DNA of 64,000 bases, taken from contig NC_087437.1 in assembly GCF_036321535.1 (NCBI RefSeq), forward strand, positions 7,626,001 to 7,690,000, read 5' to 3'. Each line of letters starts with the position of its first letter. Position 1 is the first letter of the stretch. The notes below the pieces were generated by a model, which was not told the DNA's origin, searched no databases, and was given only the letters and a program-made list of their open reading frames with translations. The translations under genes were made by a program, and so were the position numbers. This document shows positions 41,797-54,478 of this stretch, one piece after another. Source of the DNA: Camelus dromedarius (lineage: Eukaryota).

Positions 41797-44700
41797 GGAG
41801 AAGAGAGTCCAAGATATTGGTCTAGGAAGATCTCAAACTCATCTCTTTCCATGGACACACCAAATCTACAGCTACAGCTGAGTCATTTTGTTCTTCAAAA
41901 GATCTGAAAATCACTTCTCCACAACAAAGATTAGAAGGACCACACCGAGATGGGTAGGAGAGGCAGAGACACAGTCTTGGCCAAAACCCCACCCCCAACA
42001 TGATGACACACATTGGGGATGGATCTCCCCAATCCAGCACTTCTGGAAGAACTAGGGGTTGGTGCCCCACATCAGACCTTGGACCCCTGGGAGCTGCACC
42101 AGAGAGACAAGCCCAGAATGCCTGGCTTAGAAAACCAACAGGGCTTCTGTTCAAGGGACCTAAAGTCCTATAAGAAACTGAGATTTTCCCTTTTAAGGGG
42201 TTCGCATACAATCTCATGCACCCTAAAACACAGTGAAAAACTCAGCAGTTTGAAGAGCATCTAGACCACATGTAAAGGAGACTCATTTGCTAACCTAAAA
42301 GCATATGCTGAAAGGGTGAGGGACAGCTGAAGCTCTCCCTGGAGACAGAGGTGCTGGCTGATGCCATTGTCACCCTCTCCACCTGCCCTATGAGCACACC
42401 TCTCGCCACTTTGCCAAGACAGGCAGGGGTCAGGGGTCTAGGCACAATCCTGCTGCCTTGCTGAAACCAGAGGACGCAGGTAGTTGCAGTGTTCCCCCAC
42501 TTCCTAGATGCAGTTGGCGAGCATAAATGTCAAGGCATTGCCTTGCTCCCAGCCTAAAGCCAGCACATGCACACAAGCAAAGCATTTTCCTGCTGCACTG
42601 CTAAAATCCACAGGTGTGCACAGTCCAGACATTTTCCCACTGCCTTTCTGAAGTGGGCAAGTGTGCCCCATCACCTACACTCCTCAGCTGCCTTGCCAAA
42701 GACAGCACATGTGCACAGTCCACACAGGGGACACCTCTTTGATCCCCTGGCCCTGGTGGCCAAGGAGGTCAAAGTTACTGAAGCTCCACAAGACTGTAAC
42801 AATCAGAAGACAGTTCTTGTCAGGCCACCCCCCCCCCCCCCAGGGAACGGCACTGACAGCAAACTAAAACACAACCCGTCTTTCTGTGAAAAATGCCCAT
42901 TTACTTGTACTGGAGCTTCAGATGAGGAACAGGCTTCAAGTTTCCCCCACATGTGGGATCGTAAGAGGTGCTCCAAGAAAATGTAAAAGGGGGACACCAT
43001 CCTTCACATTCTTTCAGCCTTGCTACAGTGCAATGAGACGTTACAGAAAGGAGCTTATACACTCTTCTGGAGCCCTGATTTTTGCAACTATCACCCATGG
43101 GATACTTCCAGATCTCCTGAACTGGAAGCCAATAGGGATTTCAATTGTAGCCTCACAAGCCTCTATATATTTGCACATTTTTTTGTTTTTGTTTTTTCCC
43201 CTGTGGATCTATGGAAACATTTTTTTTTACATTTTTTAATTGAGTTACAGTCATTTTACAATGTTGTGTCAAATTCCAGTGTAGAGCACAATTTTTCAGT
43301 TATACATGAACATACATATATTCATTGTCACTTTTTTTTTTGCTGTGAGCTACCACAAGATCTTGCATACATTTCCCTGTGCTATACAGTATAATCTTGT
43401 TTACCTATTCTGTCAGTATCTACAAATTTTGAACTTCCAGTCTGTCCCTTCCCACCCCCCTCCCCTTTGGCAACCACAAGTTTGTATTCTATGTCTATGA
43501 GTCTGTTTCTGTTTTATATTTATGTTCTTTTTTTTTTTTTTGGTTCCACATATTAGTGATCTCATATGCTATTTTTCTTTCTCTTTATGGCTTACTTCAC
43601 TTAGAATGACATTCTCCAGGGACATCCATGTTGCTGCAAATGGTGTTATGTTGTCGGTTTTTATGGCTGAATAGTATTCCATTGTATAAATATACCATTT
43701 CTTCTTTATCCACTCATCTGTTGATGGACATTTAGGCTGTTTCCATGTCTTGGCTATTGTAAACAATGCTGCTATGAACATTGGGGTGCAGATGTCATTT
43801 TGAAGTAGGGTTCCTTCTGGATATATGCTCAGGAGTGAGATTCCTGGGTCATATGGTAAGTCTATTCCTAGTCTTTTGAGGAATCTCCATACTGTTTTCC
43901 ACAGTGGCTGCACCAAACTGCATTCCCACCAGCAGTGTAGGAGGGTTCCCTTTTCTCCACAGCCTCTCCAGCATTTGTGATTTGTGGACTTTTGAATGAT
44001 GGCCATTCTGACTGGTGTGAGAATGGCCATCATTGTAGTTTTAATTTGCATTTCTCTGATAATTAGTGATATAAAGCATTTTTTCATGTGCCTATTAATC
44101 ATTTGTATTTCTTCCTTGGAGAATTACTTGTTTAGGTCTTCTGCCCATTTTTGGATTGGGTTGTTTGTTTCTTTCTTATTAAGTCATGTGAGCTGCTTAT
44201 ATATTCTGGAGATCAAGCCTTTGTCAGTTTCATCATTAACGGAATGGGAGAAAATTTTTATATTTGCACACTTTAAAGTCTGCAGTCTTGGGGTCTGGCT
44301 TCTAAAACTAAGTGCTGAATGAGATTCCTCCCTTTGGGACACTGACATGACTCAACATACAGTCAATAAAGGAAACATATCCAGAATAAATCAGGGAGTT
44401 TAGATAATCACAAAAGTTTGAAAGACAACTAAGAGCTAAGGCAAGTTTGAGTAAGGTTCATTTTCTACATAAGGCCACTCCTTCAAGACTGGGCTAGATA
44501 ACTATTTTCTCTAATGCACAGAAACAAGAGCAGAGGGCCAGGCAGAATGAAGAAACAGAGAAGTGTGTTCCAAACAAAAGAACAAGACAAAAACTCAGAA
44601 AAAAACCTTAATGATATGAAGATAGTTAATCTACCTGATGAAAAATTCAAAATATTAGTCATAAAGATGATCACAAACTTGGAAGAAGAATGGATAAACA

Positions 44701-47700
44701 TGGTGAGAACTTAAACAAAGAGATAGAAAATATAAGAAAGTACCAAACAGACATTACAGAGTTGAAGAAAACAGTAACTGAACTGAAAAATACACCAGAG
44801 GAGTTCAATAGCAGACCAGTTTAAGCAGAAGAAAGGATGAATGACTTGGAAGACAAAATAATGGAACTCACCCATACAGAGCAACAAAAAGAAAATAACA
44901 AGTTAAATAAATGAAGATAACTTAAGAGATCTATGGAACAACACCAAGCAGAATAACATTTACATTAGAGGGGTCCCAGAGAAGTGATGAGAGAGAGAAA
45001 AGGAAACCTATTTGAAGAAATAATTGTTGAAAACATCCCTAACCTAGAAAAATAAATAAACATTCATGTCCAGAAAACCCAGTCCCAAATAAGATGAACC
45101 CAAAGAGATCCAAAGTACATTATGTTTATACAGAGAAGCTTCAAAGCAGCAAGAAAAAAAAATTCTTACATATAAAGGAACTCCATAAGACTATCAACAG
45201 ACTTTTCAACAGAAATCCTACAAGTCAAAAGAAGTGGCATGACATATTCAAATTGTGAAAGGAAAAATCTTCCTACCAAGAATACTCTATCCAGTAAGGT
45301 TATCATTCAGAATTGAAGGAGAGATAAAGAGTTTCTAAGTCAGACAAAAACCAAAAGAGTTCATCACCACTAAAGCAGTCTTACAAGAAAAGTTAGGGGA
45401 TTTTTTTAAGCTGAAAGGAAGTGGCATTAGTTTACAGGAAAGCATATGAAAGTAAAAATCTCACTGGAAAAGACAAATATATAGTAAAGGTAGTGGAATA
45501 GTTCCTTAAAAACCTACTATGAAGGTCAAAAGACAAAAGTAGTAAAATTAATTAAAACTATAATAATTTGTCATGCGATGAATAAAAGATGTAAAATATG
45601 ACATCAAAAACATAAAACACAGGGAGGTGGAGTAAAAGTGGAGAATTTTGGAATTCCTTGTAAGTTGCTATCAACTTAAAATAAACTTACATACATAGAA
45701 TGATATATTCAAACCTCATAGTAACCACAAAGCAAAAACATACAGTAAATACACAAAAGAAAGTGAGAAAATCATCAAACCACACAAGAATTGAGAAAGA
45801 GATAAAGAAAGGAGAAGAGAGGGACTACAAAACAGCTAGAAAACAATTGAAAAAATGGCATTAAGTGCATATGTTATCCATAATTATTTTAAATGTAAAT
45901 GAGCCAAATTCCCCAATCAAAAGACATACAGTGGCTGAATGGATAAGAATAAGAGGCATCTATATACTGCCTACTAGAGACTCACTTCAAAAGTAAGGAA
46001 ACACATAGATTGAAAGTGAAGATATGGGAAAAGATATTCCATAGAAATGGAAACAAAAAGAAAGTCTGTGTAGCTATACTCATGTCAGACAAAAAAGGCT
46101 AAAACAAAGACTGTCATAAAAAACAGAGATGCACTACATAATCATAAAGAGGTGAATCCATCATGAAGATATAACATTTATAAATATAAATACACCCTAC
46201 ATAGGAGCACTAAAATATATAAAGCAAATAGTAACAGATCCAAATGGAGAAATACATAGCAATAAAATAACAGTAGCAGACTTTAACACCCATCTTACAT
46301 CAATGGATAGATCATCCAGAAGAAAATAAGGAAGCATTGTCTTTAAATAGCACATTAGACTAGATACAGTGAACACATATATACAGAACATTCCATCCAG
46401 AAGCAGTAGAATGCACATTCTTCTCAAGTACACATAGAACATTCTCTAGGATAGATCACATGTTAGGCCCCAAAAAAGTCTCAAAAATTCAAGGATATTG
46501 AAATTAAAGCAATTATTTTTTTCCAGCTACAGTGGTATGAAACTAGAAATCAATTAAAAGAAGAAAACTGGAAAACTACAAATAAGTGGAGATTAAACAA
46601 CATGTTAGCAAACAATTACTGGGACATAGAAGAAATTAACAGAGAAATCCAAATGCCTAGAGAAAATGAAAACAGAAATATTACATACCACCATCTACGA
46701 GGTGCAGCAAAAGTGGTTTTAAGGGGGAAGTTCACTGCAATTCAGGTCTACCTCAGGAAACAAGAAAATCTCAAACAAATGAATTTTACGCCTAAAGGAA
46801 CTAGAAAAAGAAGAACAAGCAAAACCCAGAGTTAGTAGAAGGAAGGGAATAATAAAGATTAAAATGGAAATAAGTGAAATAGAGACAAAAGACAATAGGA
46901 AAGATCAATGGGAATAAGAGATGATTCTTTGAAAAGATAAACTAAATTGACAAAGGTTTAGCTAGACTTAACCAAAAAAAAAAAAAAAAAAAGAGAGAGA
47001 GAGAATGGGCTCAAATATAATCAGAAATTAAAGAAGAGAAGTTACAACTGATACCACAGGAATACAAGGTCACAAGAGACTATAAACAATTATATGACAA
47101 TAAATGGGACAATCTAGAAGAACTGGATAAATTCCTAGAAACATACAACCTACCACGACCAACTTATGATGAAAAGAAAACCTGAACAAGATGATGACTG
47201 CTAAGGAGACTGACTCAGTGATCAAAAATCTCCCAATAAACAAACGTCCAGGACCAGACAGCCTCACTGGGGAATTCCACCACATTTTCAAAGAGGGTGT
47301 AATACCTGTTCTTCTCAAACTTTTCCAAAAAATTGCATGGAAGGGAACACATCCAAACTCATTTTAGGAGGCCCTGATACCAAAACCAGACAAGGACACA
47401 AGAAAAAAGAAAATTACAGGCCAATGTCCCTGATGAACATAGATGCAAAATTTTTTAACAAAATATTTGCAAACTAAATTTAACAATATAGTAAAAGAAA
47501 CATATACCATGATCAACTAGGACTTATTCCAGGGATGCAAAAACGGTTAAACATCCACAAATCAATGAATGTGATACAACACATTAACAAAATGAAAAAT
47601 AAAAATTGTATGATCATCTCAGTAGACGCAGAAAAAGAATTTGACAAAATTCAACATCGATTTATAACAAAAGCTCGCAACAGTGTGATTATACTGGGAA

Positions 47701-49970
47701 TTTAATTAACAAAGGCCATTAATGGCAAAACCACAGCTAATATCATAATCATTGGGGAAAAGCTGAATGCTTTTTCTCTAAAATCAGAAACCAGACAAGG
47801 TTCCCCACTCTCCCCACTCTCCCCACTTTTATTCAACATAGTATTGAAATTCTAGCCAGAGCAATTAGGCAAGAAAAGGAAATAAAAGGCATCCATATTG
47901 AAAAAATAGATGTAAAACTATCATTATTTGCAGATAACATGATTAATATATAGAAAACCCTAAGGACTCCACTAGAAAAATTGTTAGAAATAATAAATGA
48001 ATTCAACAAAGTTGCAGGATACGAAGTTAATATAAAAGAATCTGGGATTTTTATGCACTAACAATGAACTATCAGAAAGAGAAATCAAGAAGATAATTTC
48101 ATTTACAATTACATCAAAAATAATAAAATACTTAGGTATAAATTTAAGCAAGGAGGTGTAAGACCTGTACACCGAAAACTGTAAGACACTTATGAAATTA
48201 AGGAAAACACAAATAAACGGAAAGATATTCCACACTCATGGACTAGAAGAACTAAAATTGTTAAGCTATCCATTCTACCCAAGCAACCTACAGATTCAGT
48301 GCAATTCCTATCAAAATGCCACTGACATTTTTCACAGAGCTAGAACAAATAATTCTAAAATTTTATTAAACCATAAAGGATCCTGAATACCCAATACAAT
48401 CTTGAGAAAGAAGAACAAAGCTGGAGATACTATGCTCCCTGGTGTCAAACTATGCTACAAATCTATAGCAATCAAAAGAGTATTGTATTGGTTTAAAAGC
48501 AGGCACACAGATCAGTGGAACAGAATACAGAGCCAGGAAATAAATCCACATATATATGGCCAATTAATTTACAACAAAGTAGGCAAGAATATAATGAGGA
48601 AAAGGACAGTCTCTTCAATAAATGGTGTTGAGAAACCTGAACAGCTATAGATAAAAGAATGAAACTGGATCCCTTTCTTACACCATATACAAAACTTAAA
48701 TCATGATAAATTAAAGACTTAAATGTAAGATCTGAAACCGTAAAACTCCTAGATGAAAACATAGACAGTAAACTCCTTGACATGGGTCTTAGCAATGTTT
48801 CTGTGGATGTGACCCTAAAGGAAAGGGAAACAAAGACTAAAAAAAAAAAAAGGGACTATACCAGACTAAAAAGCTTCTGCATAGCAAAAGAAATCATCAA
48901 CAAAATGAAAAGGCAACCTGCTGAATGGGAGAAGATATTTGCAAATCATATGCGTGATAAGGAGCTAATATCCAAAATATATTTTTTAAATGTATACAAC
49001 TCAATATAAAAAATTCAACAAAAAATGGACAAAGAAGCTGAATAGGAATTTTTTCAAAGAAGACATATGGATAGCCTACAGGTACATGGAAAGATGCTCA
49101 ACATCACTCATCATCAGGGAAATGCAAATCAGAATCATAATGAGATATCACCTTACACCTGTCAGAATGAGTATTATCAAGAAGGCAAGAAATAACAAGT
49201 GTTGGTGAGGATGTGAAGAAAAGGGAGCCTTCATGCTCTGTTGGTAAAATGGTGTAGCCACTTTGGAGAATAGTATGGAGGTACCTCAAAAAATTAAAAG
49301 TAGATCTGCCATATGATCTAGCAATTCCACTACTGGCTATCTGTCTGAAGGAAACAAAAACACTAATTAGAAAAGCTATATGCACCCCTATGTTTATTGC
49401 AGCATTATTTTCAATAATCAAGATATAGAAACAACCTAAGTGTTCATTGATGGATGAATGAATAAAAATGTGAAAACAATAGAGAGAAAGAGAGAGTCAC
49501 ACATTATATAATAGAAAACTACTCGGCCATAAGAAGAATGAAATCTTGCCATTTGCAAAAACATGGATGGACCTTGAGGATATTATGCTAAGTGAAATAT
49601 GTCAGACAGAGAAAGAAAAACATCACATGATTTCACTTACATGTGGAATCTAAAAAAACCAGAAAAAACAAAACAAAACAAAACTCAGACTCATATATAC
49701 AGAGAACAAGTTGACAGTTACCAGAGAGGAGAGAGCTTGGGTTGAAAAGGTTCATGAATTACAAACTTTTAGTTATAAAGTAAGTCGTGGGGGTATAAAA
49801 CACAGTATGGGGAATATAGTCAACAATATTATATTATAGTGCATTGTTGACAGGTTGTAAGTGCACTTACTGTGGTGATCAATTCACAGTGTATACCAAC
49901 GTCAAGTCACTAGGTTGTAGCCAGGCAACTAATATAATATTGTATGTCAATTTTACCTCAATAAATTAAA
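41797..49970 (+). mobile_element. Near full-length old LINE-1 (long 5'UTR, ORF1 ~44510-45410, ORF2 ~45870-49640, 3'UTR); many stops and frameshifts
   Basis: The 5' end resembles that of the 3933 element (AAGAT...TAGGAAGA.C..A..CTCATCTCT). The RT motif TTATTTGCAGATAACATGATT (LFAD[N]MI) is at ~47924. The 3'UTR ends CCTCAATAAATTAAA. Confidence 0.95.
43178..44258 (-). mobile_element. Young 5'-truncated L1 nested in the 5'UTR of the older L1
   Basis: Open 177-aa ORF2 C-terminus (43569-44102). TSD TATATTTGCACA at 43166-43177 and 44259-44270. Confidence 0.95.
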
Positions 49971-50994
49971 GATGGTTCTAACCAGCTTTTTGCATGCTGT
50001 GTTCAGTTCATTGTTATTTCATCGTGTGAATGTAGTACTTATTACGTAGCAAGTGTAGTGAAGTGTTTAAAAAGCTTGTGAAAAAGATGGTTCTAACAAA
50101 GCTACTTGCAAGTTCCATTCAGGACAGTGTTGTTTCAGTGAGTAGAAGTTATGCGGATCCTATGATACATATAGTGAACTTTTAACATGACTTGTAACAA
50201 AGACATTTCTAACAACAACAACAAAAAATCAATGCTGAATCTGTTGGTTATTTTTCTTTATAAACATAGTTATATTTCAACTTTCTCTGATACGGACTAT
50301 ACATATATTTTTGTGACAGCAAAAATTTTATTTCTATTAATTGATCATTTATTGCTTTTTATATGTTTCTTTAGGGAGGATGCCTCCTAAGAAGGATCCT
50401 TTGCTTACGCAGCTGGTAGATGTATATTCAGATGCAAATCAGAAGCTGAAAAACTAAATTGTTCAGTAAATAAAAAGTGGTGCCCGGGAATAGGAAGGGA
50501 GCTGGAACCAGGGAGGAGCTGAGGAGGCTTCTTCTGGGTTGGGAATGGGTGGAAGGAGAAGGGGAGAGACCGGAGAGGTACCAGGAGCAGAGGAGAGAAG
50601 AGGAGAGAGTAAGAGAGAATGGGGCGACATCTGATGGTATCTGACCCATTTCCCTCAAAATATCTAAAGCAGGTTTGATGTACTAGCTGCAGACTTTTAT
50701 TTCAGTACACACTGAAAGCAATACACGGATAGGGAAATCTAAGTTATTTATGTTTACCACCTGAAGTCACCTGCACTTCCAGGAGTGTGCATACCTAATT
50801 GGACTACATGCTGTTTTCCCTCCATTGTACCCGGAAATGCTTGAATCAGGCCTAGTCACACTCTTACGAGGTCAGCTCATGATACGAGGCAAAAGGAAGG
50901 CGATTTCTTCATGAGCTTCCCCCGCCTTTTTTTTTTTTTTTTTTTTTACAATGAGCCACTCATGGCAGATAATTATAGTAAGAAACATTACTTT

Positions 50995-51120
50995 TCTTCT
51001 TTTTCAAAAATTTTTTCTTGAGGGCTAGTCAGTTTACAGTGCTGTGTCAATTTCTGATGTACAACACAATGCTTCAGTCGTACATGAATGTGCATATATT
51101 CATTTTCTTACTTCTTATGC
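50995..51120 (-). mobile_element. Short L1 3'UTR fragment
   Basis: TAGTCAGTTTACAGTGCTGTGTCAATTTCTGATGTACA. Confidence 0.75.
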
Positions 51121-51293
51121 TAAGCGTACATGTAAGATATTCTTAGTGAGTTCTGTTACACTCAGTTATTCAGTATGACTCTGCAGAGGGTTTTTAGAAT
51201 ATTTGATTATGCCTTCCAGGTATTTTAGAATTGGAGCTCAGTATAGGAATATAGGCAAAGCTTCAGGAGTGTAGAACATCAGATTATTCTCAA

Positions 51294-51550
51294 AGTTAGA
51301 GATCTGCAGATACTAACTGATACATATAGAACAGATAAACAATAAGTTCATATTGGATAGGGCAGGGAACTATATTCGATATCTTATAGTAAATTATGGT
51401 GAAAAAGCATATGAAAACAAATATATGTATGTTCATGTGTGACTGAAGCATTATGCTGTACCCCAGAAATTGACACAACATTGTAAACTGACTGTACTTC
51501 AATAAATATATATACACATACAAAAAATAAAAATAAGAAACCAAAAAAAT
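51294..51550 (+). mobile_element. Short L1 3'UTR fragment
   Basis: Reverse complement of the same family: GAAATTGACACAACATTGTAAACTGACTGTACTTCAATAAA, with an A tail. Confidence 0.85.
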
Positions 51551-52344
51551 AGCATTTTAAATATACAGCATATGTGACTTCACCACTTGACTGTTAAGAA
51601 ATGCGCTTGAAGCGTTGCATCTAGAATAGTTTCCTATGGGGTCCAAATTTCAGAGCAAGATGTGCTGTGTCCAGCCATGTAATAGATGAACAGCAGGAAG
51701 ATGCTCTTTAATGAACCTGCAGAATCTAAATGAGGGTCTTCTGTGGATATGGGGGCTCCCAGCACAGGAATCACTTGTAGTCACTCTAGATTTTTCACAT
51801 CTAGAGAACAATGAGCAAGCCAGCCAGCCAGGAATCAACAGAGCTAGAGAAACCAGGCTTGAGAGTACGGACAACAAAAGGAGCCGTATCCCAGGGTTGA
51901 CTGAGACTGGGGAGGAAGGAAACTAATTCTGAGCAAAACAAGACCTTACCCCACCGAGCCCTCCCGTGGACTCAGACAAGTCCAGGCCCAGAGAGGCAAT
52001 GCAAGGGCAAGGGCAGTATTTTCCTAAAGATCTTGTCCGGCTGTTGAGGCCATCAGAGCCACAGTCCCATGGACGTGACCTTCGAATGGGACAGTGCCTT
52101 TGGCAGCAACTGAGGGCATCCAGGTGAGCCTGGAGGACAGTGCAGACCTGAGTCCTGCATCCTCGGAAGCCCAGAAGACTGCCTTGGGCAGATATTTCCT
52201 CTAGATTCTAGAAGTATTTGTGAAAAGCCCAATTAGGGACATGGTTTCCTGAAAAGCTAGTGAAGGTGGGACCTTGGAAACTTTTTTTCTGTGAAGTGGA
52301 TGCAGCCATACTCTTTCCCACAGACTTGTAGGGCTAAGGAAGTT

Positions 52345-52850
52345 CACCTAGTTTTCCAGTTATCTACTGCTGCTTAACAGCTACCTTACAACTTAGTGAC
52401 TTAAAATAACAACCCTCAAATCTTATGATATTGTGGGTCAGGAATCCAATGCGGGCTTGGCCAAATGATACATCTTCCACGTGGAGGGAGCACAGCTGGG
52501 TAGGTAGGTGGTGTTCAGATGGGAGATGCACTGCTTTGGAGGATCTTGGATGACTCCACTCGCACTGGGCATCCTGAGAGTCTGGGGTTCTCTGGGACAG
52601 TCCCCTGAAGTGCCCGCCCATAGCCTCGTTAGCCCGGAGGCCTCCAGATAGTCTAGTTCCACGAATCAGGCAGAAGCGGCAAGACCTTCCTGACCGAGTT
52701 TGGGAAGCCACCTAGCGGAACTTCTTCCACCCCACATTGGTACTGTGGATGGGGCAGCAACAAGTCCACAAAGGTTCGGGAGGTGATCCCAACTATTGAT
52801 ACAAAGAGTGCCAAAAATGTGCAGCCATGTCTTAAAAATTCCACACCTAG
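52345..52850 (-). mobile_element. MaLR MLT1 LTR (older subfamily)
   Basis: CAGTTATCTACTGCTGC...ACTTAGTGACTTAAAATAACAA...TGGGTCAGGAAT. Confidence 0.7.
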
Positions 52851-53275
52851 ATTTGTAGAAACACACTTATTTTGTGTGTGTGTGTTTGTATCAAGGGGCA
52901 AGAGGACATTTAATTTAGATGCTTGTAAAATTGGTAGCTTTCATAATGTCTGAAGGGGCAGCGATTAGGGACCATGCTTCCTCCAAGTAAATCACTGGAC
53001 ACCGTGGGTCAGATGGTTGTTGCTACTCCCAGCTACCTTCTCCAGCCTGATTCCTCTCTGAGGCCTTGAGACTTTGCCTGCTCTGAAACAGAAAACAGCT
53101 TCTGATGCTGTTATGATGCTATGATGATTCTCTGATGTGACTCTTCAGTCTCAGTAGAAGATCAGTATTTCGTACATCCCTCCTGTGTCTTTTGCATTCA
53201 AGAGGTGAAGCTCAGAAATGCAAATAGACTTAACAATTTAAAAGTGATGGTAGGTGAAGTTGAAGGGCTCAGAAG

Positions 53276-53364
53276 AACCCTAACTTTAACCCTGACCTTA
53301 ATCTAACCTTAACCTTAACCTTAACCTTAACACTAATCTTAACCCTAACCCTAAGCCTAGGCCT
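53276..53364. repeat. Degenerate (TAACCY)n hexamer tract, telomere-like
   Basis: AACCCTAACTTTAACCCTGACCTTAATCTAACCTTAACCTTAACCTTAACCTTAACACTAATCTTAACCCTAACCCTAAGCCTAGGCCT. Confidence 0.85.
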
Positions 53365-53856
53365 GTCTGAGGTGCCTGCCTTGTGGTTTATTTTTTCACT
53401 TGCAGGTGTCCAGGCTTTGTGCTTGTAAACCTGGGCAGCTCTCCTGGTCCCCTTCTCATGTATCTGAACAAGCTACTCTGAGGCAAAGCCTGTTTTGTTT
53501 CTGCGCCCACGGCTGAGGATGCATTGTTTAATAAATGAGCAGTTTTACGTCAGGCCGTTTACTGAAGTGGTCTGTGCTCACCCAGGCTCTCCAGCCCGAA
53601 TGATCAGAACAAAGCGAGGCAGACGCGTAGCTCAGGCCTCAACACCTTCATCAGGATGAGCTTTGCTGAGTCTGTCCTGTCTCGATAGTGGTCACTGTTA
53701 CTGCTTAACTGGATAGGTTCCTGTGGACCTTCACTTCCTGAGGGTCAGCCTTCCTGACTTGGATGGACGACTTCATAAAATATAACAGCTCCCATTTAAT
53801 GAGTGTTCATTGCCAGCCAAGCTCTGTGCTCTGCTCTTTGCCTGCGTTCTTACATC

Positions 53857-54478
53857 TCTAACCAAGCTGGACCTATGGGGCCTTCCTGGAATGGACACCC
53901 CGCATGTCCTCCACCCATCTCTTGTCTAAAGAAGAACTTTAGTCCCCTGGGCGTCCCCAAGTTCCAAAGAGTACATTTAATCAGAGACGTGAGAAAATGC
54001 AGAAGAAATGAAAACAGTCAAGCAAGACAGAATAATAACAGGTTAGCCTTTGAACAAAGTCAAGGACCCTTAGTTCCTCCTCAAGGGCTACAGGTAATAT
54101 TCTGAGCCATGCCCTTTGAGCTGTTTTGCAGGTACTGAAACCCCCACCAGGTGGAGGAAGTTAACTGTGTGTTGCCCACAAGGACATAGACCCAGACCGG
54201 TTGGAACCAGAGGTTGATGATGTTGGCTCCTGGTTACCTCACCACCCACCCATCAGAAGAATCCACGAGCTGATCACACACCCTACGTCCCCCCTCCCTC
54301 ACTGCCTTTAAAAACTCTCTGAAAGCCTTCGGGGCGTTGGGGTCTTTTAGACTCTAGCTACCTGGACTCCTTGCTGGGTGCCGGCAGTAAACGCTGCCCT
54401 TTTCTGCAACATAGCCCAGGGTCAGTAGACTGGCTTTACTGTATGTGGGTGAGTGGACCCAGGTTTGGTTCAGGAACA
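53857..54478 (+). mobile_element. ERV1-class solo LTR inserted in a MIR
   Basis: Ends GGACCCAGGTTTGGTTCAGGAACA. It has a TATA-like TTTAAAAA (~54308) and an AGTAAA signal (~54386). Candidate 4-bp TSD CATC/CTTC. MIR halves lie at 53780-53855 and 54480-54620. Confidence 0.75.

Noticed and set aside
43569..44102. 177-aa minus-strand ORF as a host gene
   Set aside because: It is the L1 ORF2 C-terminal cysteine-rich region of a truncated insertion.
41797..49970. Active L1
   Set aside because: ORF1 and ORF2 are fragmented by stops and frameshifts, the RT catalytic motif is mutated, and the 5'UTR is interrupted.
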